Assembly (NCBI GenBank): GCA_050331735.1
Contig: JBHJGN010000029.1
Coordinates: 64,001-128,000 of the forward strand
Direction: 5' to 3'
Source of the DNA: Cyanophyceae cyanobacterium
GTDB lineage: Bacteria; Cyanobacteriota; Cyanobacteriia; Cyanobacteriales; JBHJGN01
Length of the DNA stretch: 64,000 nt
Positions 42,992 to 52,441 of the stretch are shown here, piece by piece (positions within the stretch are counted from its first letter, which is position 1; each line of letters begins with the position of its first letter). The position numbers were made by a program, and so were the translations under genes. Below the pieces are notes generated by a model. The model ran no database searches. It saw only the letters and a list, made by a program, of their open reading frames with translations, and was not told where the DNA came from.

Positions 42992-43474
42992 ATGTCCAAG
43001 ATTTCTTTCAGAACAATTCTGACTACTTTAATCGGTACGAGTATTGCGAGTACCATTATGGCTTTACCCGTGCGAGCAGAAGAGAGTCGAGTCAACAAAC
43101 CCCTGAGCGCCGAACTGACCTTAGGCCAAAATAGCGACTTTTTTAGCGATCGCCCAAACAATGGCGAACTCTCAGACGAGGTTAAAACAATTGTCGGTGT
43201 GACCGGCTTGGCAATCGGAACTGGCGTTATTGGTTGGCATCTCACCCGCGCCTACAAGCCTTCTTTCGTAAATGCCGTTCCGGCAGTCAACCGCAATCAG
43301 GCATCTCTCCTCGACCGCGTCAGTCCTCATCTGCGCCGAGACCTCTTAAGGCTCGTTCATAATCCTCAGACAGCGAATCGTCTACTATCGGGGACTTTAA
43401 TCAGCCATCCAGATCGTTCTCCTAACTGGGTAGCCGAAAAGGTAATTTATGATTTAAGGCGCGATCGCACATAG
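42992..43474 (+). CDS. Hypothetical exported/membrane protein
   Basis: Signal peptide (PVRA), one TM, C-terminal WVAEKVIYDLRRDR. Confidence 0.7.
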   Translation: MSKISFRTILTTLIGTSIASTIMALPVRAEESRVNKPLSAELTLGQNSDFFSDRPNNGELSDEVKTIVGVTGLAIGTGVIGWHLTRAYKPSFVNAVPAVNRNQASLLDRVSPHLRRDLLRLVHNPQTANRLLSGTLISHPDRSPNWVAEKVIYDLRRDRT

Positions 43475-43610
43475 CACCATCAAAGAGTTTAGCGACCAGG
43501 TGAATAGACCGCGAGAGCAATAATCACTGCCCGGAAAATGTTCGCGAATTTTAAGCACAATTACACCTAAAGTTGCGGTGAAAACCAATAGCTAATTTTA
43601 AAAGGTAAGC

Positions 43611-44033
43611 ATGACACTAGAACGCAAACTTGAACTCGGATTAGCGACTATCCGCCTTACTACCGCCGCTTTCTTTTTAGTGTGGTCGATTGAAAAGATA
43701 GTAGCACCAGAACTGACTCAGCGGGTCTTTGAAGGGTTTTATTTCTCCCAAATATCCAACACCGTATCTTACTTGCTTGGCAGCATTCAGACGGCCATCA
43801 TTCTTGTTTTCCTAGCAGGTATTTGGAAAACTCTTTCCTATGGAGCAATTTTGGGAATGCACACAGTTTCGGTCGTTTCAACCTACGAAAGGCTGTTAAA
43901 TCCCTACGAACTCCCCAATCATCTTTTCTGGGCTGGCATCCCTACTTTGGGAGCGGTTATTGCTCTCTTTCTCTTGAGAGATAGCGATACTTTCCTAACC
44001 TTGAGCACGAATAATCGTCCTCGTCGACCGTAG
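43611..44033 (+). CDS. DoxX-like membrane protein
   Basis: IRLTTAAFFLVWSIEK, 4 hydrophobic segments, NHLFWAGIP. Confidence 0.75.
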   Translation: MTLERKLELGLATIRLTTAAFFLVWSIEKIVAPELTQRVFEGFYFSQISNTVSYLLGSIQTAIILVFLAGIWKTLSYGAILGMHTVSVVSTYERLLNPYELPNHLFWAGIPTLGAVIALFLLRDSDTFLTLSTNNRPRRP

Positions 44034-44116
44034 ACATTTCTTGCTATCTGCTGTGCAGCTTCTAACCATTAGCAGTAAAGAGCTTACCCAAAGTAACAAC
44101 GACTGCCCGTCAAGTT

Positions 44117-44791
44117 TCATTCTTGAGCCTCTAAACGATAGCCCATCCCGTAAACTGTTTCTAACCAATCTTTGGCTCCAACGGCCTCTAAACGCTGCCT
44201 CAGCCTTCTCACTAGAGTCGTAACCGCATTACTTTCCGGTTCACTTCCCCAACTCCACAGCGCTTGTTCAATTTGATCGCGGGACAGCACCTGCTGAGGG
44301 TGACGCAGCAGATACTCCATAAGCTGGAATTCCCTGACTGAGAGTTGAATTTTCTGGTCGCCCCGTTCTAAGCTCAGGCTGGTTAAATCTAATTGTAAAT
44401 CTGCTAGGGATAGGGTATCTCCTTTCCAAAGAGGCGATCGCCTTCCCAACGCCCTCACTCTTGCCAATAGCTCTAAAACATCTACTGGTTTAACGATGTA
44501 GTCATCCGCCCCCGCATCTAAGCCATCAACTTTATCAACGGTAGTGTCTTTAGCGGTTAGGATCAACACAGGAGCAGCGTTGCCTAAATGACGATGCTGA
44601 CGGCAAAGCTCTACACCACTAACTTTCGGTAACATCCAGTCCAAAATTAAGAGATCGTATTCTTTTTCCTGAATCAACCAGAGTGCCGTTTCGCCATCTT
44701 CTACCGCATCAACGATGTGACCTACCTGAGATAAGGCGGCTTGTAAAGGCTCTAATTGTGCCAGATCGTCTTCTACCAAAAGAATGAGCAT
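44117..44791 (-). CDS. OmpR-family response regulator (RppA/NrsR-like)
   Basis: LLVEDD, LDWMLP, GADDYIVKP, ETVYGMGY. Confidence 0.93.
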   Translation of the reverse strand: MLILLVEDDLAQLEPLQAALSQVGHIVDAVEDGETALWLIQEKEYDLLILDWMLPKVSGVELCRQHRHLGNAAPVLILTAKDTTVDKVDGLDAGADDYIVKPVDVLELLARVRALGRRSPLWKGDTLSLADLQLDLTSLSLERGDQKIQLSVREFQLMEYLLRHPQQVLSRDQIEQALWSWGSEPESNAVTTLVRRLRQRLEAVGAKDWLETVYGMGYRLEAQE

Positions 44792-44829
44792 CTCAACTAC
44801 ATCTATTTTTTTACAGTGTAAACAATTCA

Positions 44830-45216
44830 ATGCGTCGGATTAAACGGTGGCAATTTTTGCGTACTTTGGGATTAGAATTTTGGCTGCCTTTACCCTTACT
44901 AGGATTCGCTTTTTGGGGCAGTAGTGGGTTATTGACTAACCGGAGTTTGATTTTTTCTAAACGTTCTGTTGAACCTTTCGAGATCGTGCCTGTTACAGCT
45001 CAGTCATCTCCTCGAACGCTCTATATCAAAGTGATCGTAGACCGCAATCGCAATCTTTCTCAAGTCAGAGTTAAACAAGCTACGCAGATTTATCAGAGGC
45101 AGGAATTTGAATTAGCGACCACAGAATTAGAGCAAATAGAGACAGTCATTAGTCAAAGACTTGGTTTATCTCCTGAAAAAGTGAGACGACTATCGCGTTA
45201 TCAAATCGAAAACTAA
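44830..45216 (+). CDS. Hypothetical membrane-anchored protein
   Basis: LGLEFWLPLPLLG N-terminal TM. Confidence 0.7.
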   Translation: MRRIKRWQFLRTLGLEFWLPLPLLGFAFWGSSGLLTNRSLIFSKRSVEPFEIVPVTAQSSPRTLYIKVIVDRNRNLSQVRVKQATQIYQRQEFELATTELEQIETVISQRLGLSPEKVRRLSRYQIEN

Positions 45217-45237
45217 AGCTAGTTTACTTTATACAAC

Positions 45238-45270
45238 TGTCACTTTTTTGTCATATTCGTTTTGCACAAT
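45238..45270 (+). promoter_or_regulatory. OmpR/PhoB-type tandem repeat promoter, second copy
   Basis: TGTCA-N6-TGTCA-N11-CACAAT. Confidence 0.65.
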
Positions 45271-45305
45271 TAATCATGAAAACTCAAATTATTGAGAGGT
45301 AAATC

Positions 45306-45473
45306 ATGAAGCTAAAATTAGCCGCCCTTGCGGTTGGATTTCTTACCTTAGTTGCGGCTGCTCCTCTAGCAGCTCAGGGTTGTGAGGGAGGAAACCGAGA
45401 GAATAATCCTGAAACTAATTTACCCGGACAAACACAAACGAGTGTTACTGCCGAAGGAACTACTTTTGCTTAA
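45306..45473 (+). CDS. 55-aa secreted peptide (absent from ORF track)
   Basis: GAGG RBS; MKLKLAALAVGFLTLVAAAPLAAQG-CEGGNRENNPETNLPGQTQTSVTAEGTTFA. Confidence 0.75.
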   Translation: MKLKLAALAVGFLTLVAAAPLAAQGCEGGNRENNPETNLPGQTQTSVTAEGTTFA

Positions 45474-45960
45474 TAGCATAGTAAAGCCGCTCTAAAATCA
45501 GATACACCATAACAATAATTTGGGAAGAATATTGCTTAGTATTCTTTCCATTTTTTTTGTTAGATGCGAAAAGCAATAAATCTTCCATAAAAAGTAATTA
45601 AAAAAAACAATAGTCTTTTGGAATTTATTGTTTGAAAATAACTGTTTTCTAACTGGTCACACGACCTTCACTAGAAAATTCTAGAGACGAAAGGTGTAGA
45701 TTAATAGGATATCCTTTTAATTTTTAGCCGCCTTGTGGCCGCAGTAGGATTTACCTGTACTAATTCAAGAAACGCGTCACCAACCGATAGCGCTAATAAA
45801 TTAATTGTACAGTCAATTGGCGAAACAGTAGCTTTGTAGCAGATTTTAAGGAGGACGCTTGTCAGCAAACAAGAGTCAACGGTCGATGAATTATGAGGAT
45901 AGCGGTCGATAATTCGCTCAGACGTTTTACTATTTTTAAATAGACCAACGTTTTTTTAGA

Positions 45961-47001
45961 ATGAATGAGCAATATCGCTACAAAGAATCACCAGCGGTTA
46001 AACGCATTTTAGATGCCAACCTGGATCGGGCGCGGGAAGGGCTACGAATTATCGAAGAATGGTGTCGGTTTGGCTTAAACGATGCTCCGATGGCGGCGCA
46101 GTGCAAACAAATGCGCCAGGAGCTAGCAAGCTGGCATCGCTTAGAATTTCGCATGGCGCGAGACACTCCAGGCGATCCGGGAACTGCCCTGACCCATCCC
46201 CAAGAAGAACAAAGAGGCAGCATCGAGCAGCTATTGCAGGCTAATTTTTGTCGGGTAGAAGAGGCGCTACGAGTACTAGAAGAATACGGCAAGCTAGAGA
46301 GCTCCCGAATGGGAATGGCTTGTAAGCAGATGCGCTACCAGATGTATGTCTTAGAGGGGCAAGTTCTGCACAATCGTCACCGTCAACTTCAAGACGCGCA
46401 GCTCTATCTTGTCACCTCCCCATCGGACCAGCTCATGACGGTGGTAGAAGGGGCTTTACAGGGAGGACTGTCTTTGGTGCAGTACCGAGACAAAACGGCT
46501 GATGATGAGGTTAGGTTCGAGCAGGCGCAGGCTCTTTGTCAGTTATGTCATCGCTACGGTGCTTTATTTATCGTCAACGATCGCCTCGATGTCGCGCTGG
46601 CAGTCAACGCCGATGGCGTACATTTAGGACAGCAAGACCTACCGATTGCAGCAGCCAAGCAGCTTCTGGGACCGAGGTGCATTGTCGGTCGTTCAACAAC
46701 GAACCCCGAGGAAATGGAGCGAGCGATCGCGGGCGGAGCCGACTATATTGGCGTTGGTCCCGTGTACGAAACGCCCACAAAAGTCGGTAAACCAGCAGCC
46801 GGGTTAGAGTACGTTCACTACGCCGCCAACCATGCCTCGGTTCCCTGGTTCGCCATTGGCGGCATTGATGCTGACAACATCAATGAGGTACTAGCAGCCG
46901 GAGCACAACGCATCGCCGTCGTTCGCGCTATTATGCAATCAGACCAACCCACTCTCGTTTCTCAGTATTTGATTGCTCAACTGAGGCAGCAGCGGCAGTA
47001 G
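45961..47001 (+). CDS. thiE: Thiamine-phosphate synthase with cyanobacterial N-terminal extension
   Basis: RILDANLDRAREGLR, QYRDK, NDR, HLGQQD, TPTK, AIGGI. Confidence 0.95.
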   Translation: MNEQYRYKESPAVKRILDANLDRAREGLRIIEEWCRFGLNDAPMAAQCKQMRQELASWHRLEFRMARDTPGDPGTALTHPQEEQRGSIEQLLQANFCRVEEALRVLEEYGKLESSRMGMACKQMRYQMYVLEGQVLHNRHRQLQDAQLYLVTSPSDQLMTVVEGALQGGLSLVQYRDKTADDEVRFEQAQALCQLCHRYGALFIVNDRLDVALAVNADGVHLGQQDLPIAAAKQLLGPRCIVGRSTTNPEEMERAIAGGADYIGVGPVYETPTKVGKPAAGLEYVHYAANHASVPWFAIGGIDADNINEVLAAGAQRIAVVRAIMQSDQPTLVSQYLIAQLRQQRQ

Positions 47002-47091
47002 GTCATTCAAAATTCACCATAAGACTAAGGGCATTCATGGAAGCTGACCTTCGCTGTGCAAATTTTGAATTTTTAACTTTGAATTTTTATC

Positions 47092-47310
47092 ATGACTAGT
47101 CATACGTCTATCTCTATCGAGGTTAATGGCGAACCCCAGACCTGCTCTCCAGAGATGGTGCTGCCCGATCTTCTTCGGCAGCTTGACTTAGATCCCCGTT
47201 TGGTGGCGGTCGAATATAATGGTGAGATTCTCCATCGGCAGTATTGGTCTCAGACTCGTCTTCAGGCGGGCGATCGCCTAGAAGTTGTTACTATCGTTGG
47301 TGGCGGTTAG
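47092..47310 (+). CDS. thiS: Sulfur carrier ThiS
   Basis: VNGE, AVEYNGEI, C-terminal VGGG. Confidence 0.95.
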   Translation: MTSHTSISIEVNGEPQTCSPEMVLPDLLRQLDLDPRLVAVEYNGEILHRQYWSQTRLQAGDRLEVVTIVGGG

Positions 47311-47493
47311 CGGCGGTGCGAAAGTTCGGTTGTCCGATCGGCAACCCGTTCCCCCGTTCCACAAGGCTTAGGATAAATTAAGAAATATAAATCTCAGATC
47401 TATCTAAAGAGAGCATATATGCTTAAAGATCTATAGAGAAAGAGATGTCGGGCTTTCCTAGATTCGATAGTGTGTATCTGAGCGTGGTTACTA

Positions 47494-48447
47494 ATGAAGA
47501 GTTTTCAGATGCGTAATAACTTGTTTTCTAAAATCAAACCTTTTCTCAAATCTACTCTGGCTTTGGGGCTAGTCCTCGTCCTCGTTTTCGGTAGCGCCGG
47601 TAGCGCCCTGGCTGCGCGAAGTGGCGGACGCATTGGCGGCGGTTCTTTTCGCGCCCCGAGCCGGAGTCTACCTCCTTCCGGCGGTGGCTATCGTGCTCCT
47701 GGAGGCGGCTATGGCTACCCTGGCGGCGGCTTTGGCTTTCCGTTCCTCTTACCCTTCTTCGGCTTCGGCGGCTTTGGCGGTTTGTTTTCGATCCTGATCT
47801 TTATCGCTTTAGCAAACTTCATCGTTAGAAGTTTTCGCAGTGCTGGAGTTGGTGGAGATGGTGGCTACGGCAGCTACAGTAACCCCAAAGTCTCAGTGGC
47901 TCAGGTGCAGGTTGGCCTGCTTGCCAATGCCCGGAGTTTGCAGAAAGAGCTAGATGAGTTAGCTCGGACAGCAGATACCGGTTCTGCTTCTGGTCGAGCT
48001 CTAGTACTACAAGAAGCAACGCTGGCGCTGCTGCGTCACCCGGAGTATTGGGTTTACGGTTCGACAACGGCTCAGCAAGCTGCCCTCGATGCAGCCGAGG
48101 CCAAGTTCAATCAGCTTTCGCTGGCAGAACGCAGCAAGTTCACTGAGGAAACCCTCTCGAACGTTGACAGTCAGCTTAGACAAGCCCAGTCTGACAGCAG
48201 CCAGCTTGTTAAGCAGGAGGAATCGAGCGAGTATATTGTGGTCACTGTAGTTGTTGGTGTTGAAGGGAAGTTAGAGCTACCGCAGATTAACGGTTCTGAC
48301 GACCTTAATCAGGCGCTGCGGCAGATTGGCGGCATTTCGAGCGATCGCCTGCTAGCGGTTGAAGTGCTCTGGACTCCGCAAGCAACCGGAGATACCCTCA
48401 CAACCGACGATATTCTGGCTAATTATCCCAATCTTAAGCTGGTATAG
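47494..48447 (+). CDS. DUF1517 protein (FLAP1-like)
   Basis: ARSGGRIGGGSF, ALLRHPEYW, ERSKF, VEVLWTPQ. Confidence 0.88.
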   Translation: MKSFQMRNNLFSKIKPFLKSTLALGLVLVLVFGSAGSALAARSGGRIGGGSFRAPSRSLPPSGGGYRAPGGGYGYPGGGFGFPFLLPFFGFGGFGGLFSILIFIALANFIVRSFRSAGVGGDGGYGSYSNPKVSVAQVQVGLLANARSLQKELDELARTADTGSASGRALVLQEATLALLRHPEYWVYGSTTAQQAALDAAEAKFNQLSLAERSKFTEETLSNVDSQLRQAQSDSSQLVKQEESSEYIVVTVVVGVEGKLELPQINGSDDLNQALRQIGGISSDRLLAVEVLWTPQATGDTLTTDDILANYPNLKLV

Positions 48448-48464
48448 CCTCATTCTGATTTAGT

Positions 48465-48500
48465 CAAATAAGCCGTGGAGTCAGTTCCACGGCTTATTTG
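48465..48500 (+). terminator. Intrinsic terminator
   Basis: CAAATAAGCCGTGGA-GTCAGT-TCCACGGCTTATTTG. Confidence 0.85.
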
Positions 48501-48540
48501 TTTATAGCCTATACAGGAAGAAATTAAGCAAGGACAAAAC

Positions 48541-48876
48541 GTGAACTTTGAGCAAGAAAACGTTGAAGCACAAGGCATTCGTATTTCTGTCAAAGCCGAT
48601 GGAGCTGAGATTGGACGAGCTTACCTATATCTAATGCGTAATGATTGGCACGAGCAACCGTTCGCGTTGCTAGAGGATGTCTTTGTCAATCAGTCCTACC
48701 GAGGTCAAGGAATCGGTTCAAAACTTGTTAAACAGGCAATCGAGCTTGCCAAGGAAGCAGATTGTTATAAGCTTATTGCCACGAGTCGCACCTCTAGACC
48801 GCAAGTTCACAAACTGTACCAACGGTTAGGATTTATTCAACATGGAATAGAATTTCGTCTTGACTTCTCGGGGTAA
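48541..48876 (+). CDS. GNAT acetyltransferase
   Basis: LEDVFVNQSYRGQGIGSKL, LYQRLGF. Confidence 0.85.
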   Translation: MNFEQENVEAQGIRISVKADGAEIGRAYLYLMRNDWHEQPFALLEDVFVNQSYRGQGIGSKLVKQAIELAKEADCYKLIATSRTSRPQVHKLYQRLGFIQHGIEFRLDFSG

Positions 48877-48939
48877 ATACATCAAGCAACTTTACTAAAA
48901 TGTGAACAGTAGAACTGTATAGTATTTTAAGCATAGATT

Positions 48940-49140
48940 ATGAAAATTAAAGCTGTTGTTTGGCAGGAGGACGGTGTTTGGTGCGGTTCTGTCCCCGCTC
49001 TCCCCGGATGCCACACTTGGGGAGATAGCTACGAATACCTGCTAGAAATGCTGCAAGATGCCATTCAAGGCTGGTTAGAAGTTGCTAATGAACGAGAAGA
49101 GCTTGAACCAGAAAAGCGGTTAATTGAGCTATCTCTATGA
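48940..49140 (+). CDS. hicB: HicB antitoxin (short form)
   Basis: VPALPGCHTWGDSYE..DAIQGWL. Confidence 0.88.
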   Translation: MKIKAVVWQEDGVWCGSVPALPGCHTWGDSYEYLLEMLQDAIQGWLEVANEREELEPEKRLIELSL

Positions 49141-49346
49141 AAGCTATTTCCGGCAAACTGCTTTGCAAGATTGTCGAGCACAATGGTTGGAAGCTAAAGC
49201 GAATTACTGGTAATCATCGCATTTATGTCAAAGAAGGCGTTGATGCTATTCTCTCTATCCCCGTTCACAGTCATCGAGATTTGCCAAAAGGAACTTTGAA
49301 AAGCATTATGAAGGATGCTGAACTGACTGAAGACGATTTAGGGTGA
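49137..49346 (+). CDS. hicA: HicA mRNA interferase toxin
   Basis: GWKLKRITGNH, SIPVH, GTLKSI; ATGA overlap with hicB. Confidence 0.85.
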   Translation: MKAISGKLLCKIVEHNGWKLKRITGNHRIYVKEGVDAILSIPVHSHRDLPKGTLKSIMKDAELTEDDLG

Positions 49347-49368
49347 TAGCGAGTGTATGGCGTAAACG

Positions 49369-49454
49369 GTTCGATAAATTAGTAGAGCGGACGTAGAAGA
49401 ATTTGTGTGCCTTGTTTCAGTACAATTTGTCGCTGCTCACTTTTGCCGTTAGGC
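49369..49454 (+). mobile_element. attC-like integron recombination site 1 (degenerate R'')
   Basis: GTTCGAT-AAATT-AGTAGAGCGGACG...GTCGCTGCTCACTTTTGCC-GTTAGGC. Confidence 0.65.
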
Positions 49455-49467
49455 ATCAATCGTGGAC

Positions 49468-49989
49468 ATGGAAATCCGATTTTTAAACTGGCAGGATGTC
49501 GCCGCTTACCGCGTTCTGCGCCTTCAAGCATTGAAAGAGTCACCGACGGCTTTTGGTTCCAGTTACGAGCAGGAAGCTTGTCTTCCTTTAACGGATTTTG
49601 CTACCAGGCTTCGCCCTCACGATGACCCTGCTAGCGGCATTTTCGGTGCTTTCAGCAACAGCAATCAACCTATTGGAATGCTCGGCTTTTCCCGCGAGAG
49701 CCGTCCGAAGCGCGCTCACGTCGGTTCTCTCTGGAGTATGTATGTTTTACCCGAGTTTCGTCGTCGAGGCGTTGGAGCAGCGTTGCTCGATCAGGCATTA
49801 TCCCATGCCCGTCACCTTGGTGGTCTGCGGCAGATTGTCCTCACGGTCACTGCCAACAATTTAGCAGCCTGCTCCCTTTACAGATCGCGCGGTTTCGAGC
49901 GTTTCGGCTTGGAGCTAGATGCTCTATTTATTGACGGCACATATTTCGATGAGGAGCATCTCGCCTTACACTTTAACCGCGACATCTAA
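49468..49989 (+). CDS. GNAT acetyltransferase, cassette-like
   Basis: LRLQALKESPTAFGSSYE, MYVLPEFRRRGVG; stop codon inside ATCTAAC. Confidence 0.88.
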   Translation: MEIRFLNWQDVAAYRVLRLQALKESPTAFGSSYEQEACLPLTDFATRLRPHDDPASGIFGAFSNSNQPIGMLGFSRESRPKRAHVGSLWSMYVLPEFRRRGVGAALLDQALSHARHLGGLRQIVLTVTANNLAACSLYRSRGFERFGLELDALFIDGTYFDEEHLALHFNRDI

Positions 49990-50070
49990 CAATCGTACGG
50001 CAGCGGGCAGTAGCAAAATGTTGGTGTAATGCCAAGATTACTCGTTGCCTGCTGAACTTCGGCATTAGTC
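49984..50070 (+). mobile_element. attC-like integron recombination site 2 (degenerate R')
   Basis: ATCTAAC-AATCG..CAGCGGGCAG...TTGCCTGCTGAACTTCGGC-ATTAGTC. Confidence 0.65.
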
Positions 50071-50169
50071 ATCAATAACCAATCGCTTCTCGAATATGAA
50101 AAATATAGGATGATAATGAAAACTGGCTAGCGACAATGACAACTTCGGTAAAAAAACAAGATTACTCTC

Positions 50170-50490
50170 ATGAAACTCGATCGCACCACCAGCAATCCTA
50201 ATCGTATGAACGGACAGCCGTGCATCTGAAGCTGAGGATGCAGAAATCATCCAGAGAGCCAGAGAAGAGAGGTGTGCTGTTGCTACACTCGATGCAGATT
50301 TTCATACATTGCTGGCGCTTAATGAAGCAAGTTCTCCCTCAGTTATTCGCATCCGAATTGAAAGATTACGTGCCCAAGCATTGACAGACCTGTTGCTGAT
50401 GGTAATTGGTGAGTGCGAGGAGGAGATAGAACAAGGTTCAGCGATTACGGTCGAGCCAAGCCGTATTCGCATTCGTCATTTGCTGAGGCA
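50170..50490 (+). pseudogene. Deletion-fused DUF433 antitoxin / DUF5615 PIN toxin remnant
   Basis: MKLDRTTSNPNRMNGQPCI* abuts SEAEDAEIIQRAREE..ATLDADFH..SPSVIRIR. Confidence 0.8.
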
Positions 50491-50522
50491 GCTTTTGAAA
50501 ACGAGTATCAAGACCAAATTAT

Positions 50523-51263
50523 TTATCCACTCTCCAAGTAAATTTCCCAAGGATGAGCAAAGTTAGCGAGCATTTCCGGGGTTAAGCGAAAGCCCTCTGG
50601 GTCATCATCGATTAAATCGGTGGTTTGAGAACGGTACTGAGCGATCGCCTGCTGTTTTAACCGGCAGACGCTCCCAATGTCCAAGCGCCAAGCTCTTACC
50701 GAAGCCATATCCCTCCGCTGTTGCGGATCCCAATCCCAGATCGGATACTCAAGCAGGCGCGGCGAGAGAGAAAGGGTATCAATGGCTGCCTGCAATAGCT
50801 GCCAGGTAGCGCGATGATCGCGGTGCGGATCGTGTCGCCAAGGAAGAAACACGATCGTCGGCGCAAGACGAAAGAGGTAGGACTGACACCGCGATAGGGC
50901 CTCGCTAAATTGGGCGTTGGCAGCGGTGGGCACAGCGCCGTCGGGAAGCCGGAGAAACGTCACGGCCTCTGCTGCTACCCCCAGTACGGTCATGGCTGCC
51001 AGGGTTTCCTGCTCGCGGACTGCTCGCAGCACCGCCGCTGGGAATCGACGCGAGTTGGGGTGAGATTGGATACCGTCGCTGACGACTAGAACCTTGACAG
51101 GGTGAGCAAGGTGCTGGAGGAGGGCGATCGCTCCCCCGCAGCCGAGGGTTTCGTCGTCGGGGTGAGGAGCAACAACTAAGGTGGAGGTGGTGTTGTGTTC
51201 TAGTAACGCCTCGATGCCCAAAAGCGGCAGCAGGGAAGGGTTGGCTAGAGGAGAGCCGCTCAT
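50523..51263 (-). CDS. PIG-L/LmbE deacetylase family protein
   Basis: APHPDDETLGCGG, DPHRDH, YRSQ; ATGA overlap with upstream gene. Confidence 0.9.
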   Translation of the reverse strand: MSGSPLANPSLLPLLGIEALLEHNTTSTLVVAPHPDDETLGCGGAIALLQHLAHPVKVLVVSDGIQSHPNSRRFPAAVLRAVREQETLAAMTVLGVAAEAVTFLRLPDGAVPTAANAQFSEALSRCQSYLFRLAPTIVFLPWRHDPHRDHRATWQLLQAAIDTLSLSPRLLEYPIWDWDPQQRRDMASVRAWRLDIGSVCRLKQQAIAQYRSQTTDLIDDDPEGFRLTPEMLANFAHPWEIYLESG

Positions 51264-52441
51264 TGCGCCCATAGCTCCCGAGAAAGAGCCGTTTCTTGCA
51301 GAACATACCGTCCGACATTGGCCACTGCCGCATCGTAAGCTGGCTGGCGCAGGTAGAGAGTCAAGTCGCGGATCAGACGCTCCATTGGGTGAGGAGGCAG
51401 TAAGCCCAGTGTTCCAATCGAGCGTTCGCTGAGCTGAATCACATCGAGGCAAATTTGCTCAATCGCCGTTCTCACCATGTTGGCGTAGGCGACAAGCTTA
51501 GGGGCAGGATCGTTATTCTGAGGAGTCCCGCCGAAGATAGAAGCATAGCTATCAATGCGTTGAGCGGCTCCCTGGAGCCACAGACATCCTGATTCAATGG
51601 CGATCGCCATTTTGCCGAGGCGTTCCTGTTGGTGGGGATGCTCGGTTCTGCCTCGCTTTTGCAGATACTGGCGCGTCGCATCTAGCAGCGCCTCTGCGCC
51701 ACCAAGCTGAACGGCGGCAAAGCGAACCACGCCGCCTGTCAGCCAAGGCTGACGGAAATAGTCCCCTGGTTGACCAATGAGCGCATCGGCTCCAATTTCG
51801 ACCCCGGTAAAATCGACTTTGTAGCTGACCGTGGCTCGCATGCCAGACGGTTGCCACCACTGCGGATCGACCTCAGTTTCGACCTGCTCCATCGGGACAA
51901 TACACATCTGCCAACTACCATCTGGTAGCGCCCCACTTGCAAACGGACGCTCGACGTATCCGCAACCCGAAGCAAAGGTTTTGCTGCCCTGCAATCGGTA
52001 GCCACCGTTCTTTAACGGAATTAGTTTAACGCCGTCGTCAGCTTCAGCATTCCAGACTCCAAAGATTTTCTGCTGACGAGCATCGGCGGCGTAGCGCTCA
52101 ATTTGTTCAGCGGTGCCGAAGGTTTGAATCAACTGCAGCGCATTGACGTGTCCTTCGTACACTCGACCGACAGCGAGGTTGCCCCGTCCGAGCTCTTTGA
52201 GGAGCAGCAGGAGCAATCGGGTATGGCCCGTTTCAAACCCCAGTCCCAGTCCTCCTAGCTGGCTACTCAGCGGTGCTGTCAGCAAACCCGCCTCAGCCAT
52301 CAGAGTAAATTCCTCAGCGGGAAAACTTCCCTGCTGGTCTAGAGTAGCGGCATTGGCAGCAGCGAAATTGGCGACCGCTTTGGTTCGCTCTAATAGCTCT
52401 GCTCTCGGAGTATCCCCTGAAGACGAAGCGATTTCCTTCAT
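51260..52441 (-). CDS. Acyl-CoA dehydrogenase-like protein
   Basis: GRVYEGHVNAL, GSKTFASG, GMRAT, RDLTLYLRQP. Confidence 0.88.
   Translation of the reverse strand: MKEIASSSGDTPRAELLERTKAVANFAAANAATLDQQGSFPAEEFTLMAEAGLLTAPLSSQLGGLGLGFETGHTRLLLLLLKELGRGNLAVGRVYEGHVNALQLIQTFGTAEQIERYAADARQQKIFGVWNAEADDGVKLIPLKNGGYRLQGSKTFASGCGYVERPFASGALPDGSWQMCIVPMEQVETEVDPQWWQPSGMRATVSYKVDFTGVEIGADALIGQPGDYFRQPWLTGGVVRFAAVQLGGAEALLDATRQYLQKRGRTEHPHQQERLGKMAIAIESGCLWLQGAAQRIDSYASIFGGTPQNNDPAPKLVAYANMVRTAIEQICLDVIQLSERSIGTLGLLPPHPMERLIRDLTLYLRQPAYDAAVANVGRYVLQETALSRELWAQ

Noticed and set aside
41404..45960. Intact integrative element at tRNA-Gly
   Set aside because: No integrase, and no duplicated tRNA 3' end was found by eye
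47030..47092. TPP riboswitch near thiE/thiS
   Set aside because: No CTGAGA...CCTGA...GCGTAGGGA core upstream of either gene
51264..51452. Long N-terminal extension of the PIG-L ORF
   Set aside because: It overlaps the dehydrogenase; the ATG at 51263 gives an ATGA coupling
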